Source: Antedon mediterranea (Eukaryota > Animalia > Echinodermata). From it: DNA of 64,000 nt. The stretch covers positions 29,075,648-29,139,647 of the forward strand of contig NC_092673.1 in the NCBI RefSeq assembly GCF_964355755.1, read 5' to 3'. Shown piece after piece: positions 60,774 to 64,000 of the stretch. The notes beneath the pieces were generated by a model. That model ran no database searches and was not told where the DNA came from. It was given only the letters and a program-made list of their open reading frames with translations. A program made the translations under genes and the position numbers. Within the stretch, counting starts at the first letter, position 1; each line of letters begins with the position of its first letter.

Positions 60774-63511
60774 CTATTGGACGCTGATGGAATGCATTCG
60801 TTGCGCAACTTCGTTTACATAATCAATGTCCGGCCTCTGCTCTGGGTCAGCTTTAATGCACAACGTAACAAGCTCACGTAACTGCAAGATACAAAGTAAA
60901 AATTATTATAAATTAAATAAATTATTAATTTCATCATAAGAAAAGCACTGAATGATTGCTCCTCCTTGTAAATGTCAACTAGCAACCACCATCCCTCCTA
61001 ACAACCACCATCCCTCCTGGAAACTTACACCCTCCTAGAAACCACCACCACTCCTAGCAACCCCACCACTCCTAGCAACCACCACCACTCCTAGCAACCA
61101 CCACCACTCCTACCAACCACCACCCCTCCTATACATCAACCCCTACTGCAACACCTATACAACAATTTCATTGTTTTGGTAATGCCACACATTATATTTA
61201 TACATTAAAAGAACATTAGTAATAAGAAACATTGGTACAAAACAAGGAGATACTGTACTTTGACAAATGAAGATATTTATATTAGTGATAATGATAATAA
61301 TGACATCAATGATATGGTATTAGTAAATATAATAATGATCAAGGTTTGCAAATACACCATGTGTTAAGGCCAATTTACACAGACGAGCGGTAACGGTACC
61401 GGAAAACCGTAGAAGGTAGAATCTATATCTATCCTGATTGGAAACCGACCGTCTGTCCGCACTGTGTTCTGTGTAAACAGCCACAAGGAATAACAGAGAT
61501 TCTATGTTTGTATTACCGTTACCGCTCTTCTGTGTAAATTGTCCTTTATGCTACAACTGTCTTGACACGTTCTCAAATTTATGGTGGTGCATCGCAAAAC
61601 CTAACTTTACTAGTTATTATTCGCTATGCAACAATGGTAAAATGCAATATATTTACACAACACAAATGATAGTCCATGTTTATATAAAGAGTTGGTTAAT
61701 TGTTTTATAATAAAGAAAGCTGTTAGTAAGATGATGGCTGTCTGTATGAAGGCTGTTAGTAAAGCAAACAACACACTACAGTATTAAAAGAAACACATCA
61801 AAGACACTAGGTTTTAGAAAACACATTAACACAACAACAATGATTAAACTGTCAGAGACAGACAGACAGACAGACAGACAGCCGCGATGGCAACGGCTAC
61901 CAAGTATTGTAAGAGTAGATTCTATTTACACTGACATTTTAAAACAAATTTATCAACTGCTAATAATTGAAAGTGAGAGAATGCAGCAGAATGGAAAACA
62001 TGAAAGCAATAAGTATTTTTAATTTGAATATTTGAGCTGGCTATGACTAGCTTATACTTGGTAGTGGTTATGCCGATAATGTTTATAAAAATCTTTAAAA
62101 AAATTTAAATTTTACTATGTATATATAGCAATATTAAATGAATAAAGCTCTAAACTAGTAATAAAACTAGTTTGATAGTGTAGATAGAGCTTAACCAGTC
62201 CGTTTAATGATTCATTTTATTTATAAAAAAATATTCTTAGTCATTATAGTATACTGCAATTATAAATTATGAAAACAATAAAAGTTCTGGAAGACCACTT
62301 GTTATTTAAACATGGTTTTTGCTTTGTTGTTTTATCGTCTTAATTATGCCAAGCAAACAAATTTTCATTTTAAAGTGGACCAATAAAATTTCTTGAATCT
62401 TGAAAAATCGAAATTGGCAAACAGAAATTTCGTTTTTACTCATAATAATAATGAATTATTTATAAAAATGCTATTTTTGTATTCAAGGATATTTGTATAT
62501 TGATTAGAAGGAATTAAGTATGTAATCAAATTGGCTGAATAGAAGCAAGGCTCGGCCTTGGATTTATCTATTACACATTCAAATGTAAACATCAATATAT
62601 CAAAACTTTAAAATATTAAAATATCAATATTGATGCTGTATGCTTTCAGCAACATCATATTGTTATGAATTTCTGCTAGGAGACAAACATTCATTAGGCA
62701 TTAAAAAAATAAAAAATGCAATATTTAAATAGAAAAATAAAAAAGATGAGTTTGAAATGAAACAGAAAAACAGACAACACAAACCATGTCAGTAGAGCTG
62801 TACATATATGAGCAAGAATTAAAGAGGTATCTATGAAACCAAAGAGTATAAGATACACTAGACGAAAACTAATTGAACTTAAATTCAAAGCAAGGCCCCA
62901 CACAACCCCACCCCCATCTTACATGAATCTTACAGTAATATTTTCAACAAATTTTGAAAAGTAGTACTAGTCGTTTTACTAGAGATTACCGCAATCCAAA
63001 CATGCCCAATCTTTGTTTTTTTCACGTTGAATTTAGATAAAAATGTGCAGAAAGCAACCGTGCAGGGTATGATTTTATGATTCCAAATCGATGGGCTAAA
63101 AGCAGCATTAGCACCTCTTTAATTTCTGCTATAATTCCTTACATACACCAGGGGTTCATACAAACCTGTCTAGAGTAATTTGTTACAGGCAAGGGCGGGT
63201 ATTCACACTTTTCAATCTTCTTACACAATTTATACAAGTCCATTTTATCGCCATAAAATGGAGAGTGAAGCGCAGCCATCTATAGACAACAAGTAACACA
63301 ATAAGCAAAGAAGCACACAGAAAGAAAGCATAGATTAGAAACAGGAGGGCGCCCCCAGGGATGGCGGACAGGAAGGTGTACAGCCTCCAGTACTAACCTC
63401 TTCAGAATAATACTCAGCTGGCAGTGGAGGATAGTCACACTGTTCAATCTTTTTGCATAAAGAATAAAGATTCATCTTATCCCCATAAAATGGAGATTGC
63501 AATGCTGCCAT
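60774..63511 (-). CDS. NEK7: NIMA-related kinase NEK6/NEK7, 3' part (upstream exons lie beyond the window)
   Basis: Exon 63511-63398 [38 protein letters not shown]; paralogous exon 63279-63166; last exon 60881-60774 [35 protein letters not shown]. Probably the single invertebrate NEK6/7 orthologue. Confidence 0.9.
60980..61130. repeat. 18-bp minisatellite (CTAGCAACCACCACCACTC-type)
   Basis: About 8 degenerate units. Confidence 0.8.
61367..61545. mobile_element. Harbinger-like MITE with TTA TSD
   Basis: tta|AGGCCAATTTACACAGACGAGCGGTAACGGTA...TACCGTTACCGCTCTTCTGTGTAAATTGTCCT|tta. Confidence 0.8.
63166..63279 (-). CDS. Duplicated alternative exon of NEK6/7
   Basis: tctatag|[38 protein letters not shown]|gtttgt; 114 nt, phase 0/0, same length as 63398-63511. 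Confidence 0.85.
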
Positions 63512-64000
63512 CTATAGGACATGAATGTTGAGAAAATAAACACAAACAGGTAATCATTGTGACATCACTCAATTATTAATTCACTGTTTATTATAAAAGC
63601 TGAGCTGATTGATAATATAATTGAATTCAAAAACTGGCTGTCAGGAAATTAGTTTTCCTGTAATATGAAAGGACAGAATAATTACTCTGTAAAAACACTC
63701 TGATTACATTTTCATTTCGTTGATTGTGGCATCATCAATTTAACAGGAGCCTAAAAATTTCAATATTATAATTTGATTACGAGCATTAATCTCTTATTTT
63801 AAAGCAGTTTGAACGACTCCGTCTAAAGAGATCTACTACACTGAAAGTGTGATATGGTAGTGATATGACATCATGTCCTTCAGGACTCAACAAAGTGTCA
63901 CCTTAATAAGCGTGTCCTCTTGCATATAAGGGTTAGCCGTATTTCCCCTCGTTCTTTTAACATAAACGTTTCATTAAGGGTGTCCCTAAAGAAGTGGTTT

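Overview
AT-rich animal genomic DNA (an invertebrate, possibly a marine deuterostome such as an echinoderm; this is inference) with compact GT-AG intron genes. I reconstructed the exon chains by hand. In order: the probable 3' end of an unknown gene (+), a spinster-like MFS transporter (+), SURF1 (-), PFDN6 (+), a ZDHHC12-like palmitoyltransferase (-), POMT1 (+, 17 coding exons, with a nested antisense RING/B-box TRIM-like ORF), an orphan secreted precursor with a cationic Cys-rich C-terminal peptide (+), and the 3' end of NEK6/7 (-). Introns and intergenic DNA hold an internally deleted Academ transposon, Mutator/Foldback-like elements, P-like and Harbinger-like MITEs, a probable Helitron carrying a Penelope fragment with a hammerhead motif, SINE fragments and many tandem repeats. 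The most notable observations are: (1) a tandemly duplicated, probably mutually exclusive 114-nt kinase exon in NEK6/7; (2) a candidate new antimicrobial-peptide precursor; (3) an 18x array of the 3' part of a POMT1 exon together with its splice donor; (4) gene content matching the human MHC paralogon (proto-MHC); (5) a ~2-kb inverted transposon pair in PFDN6 intron 1. No database searches were run, so gene names rest on recognised motifs.
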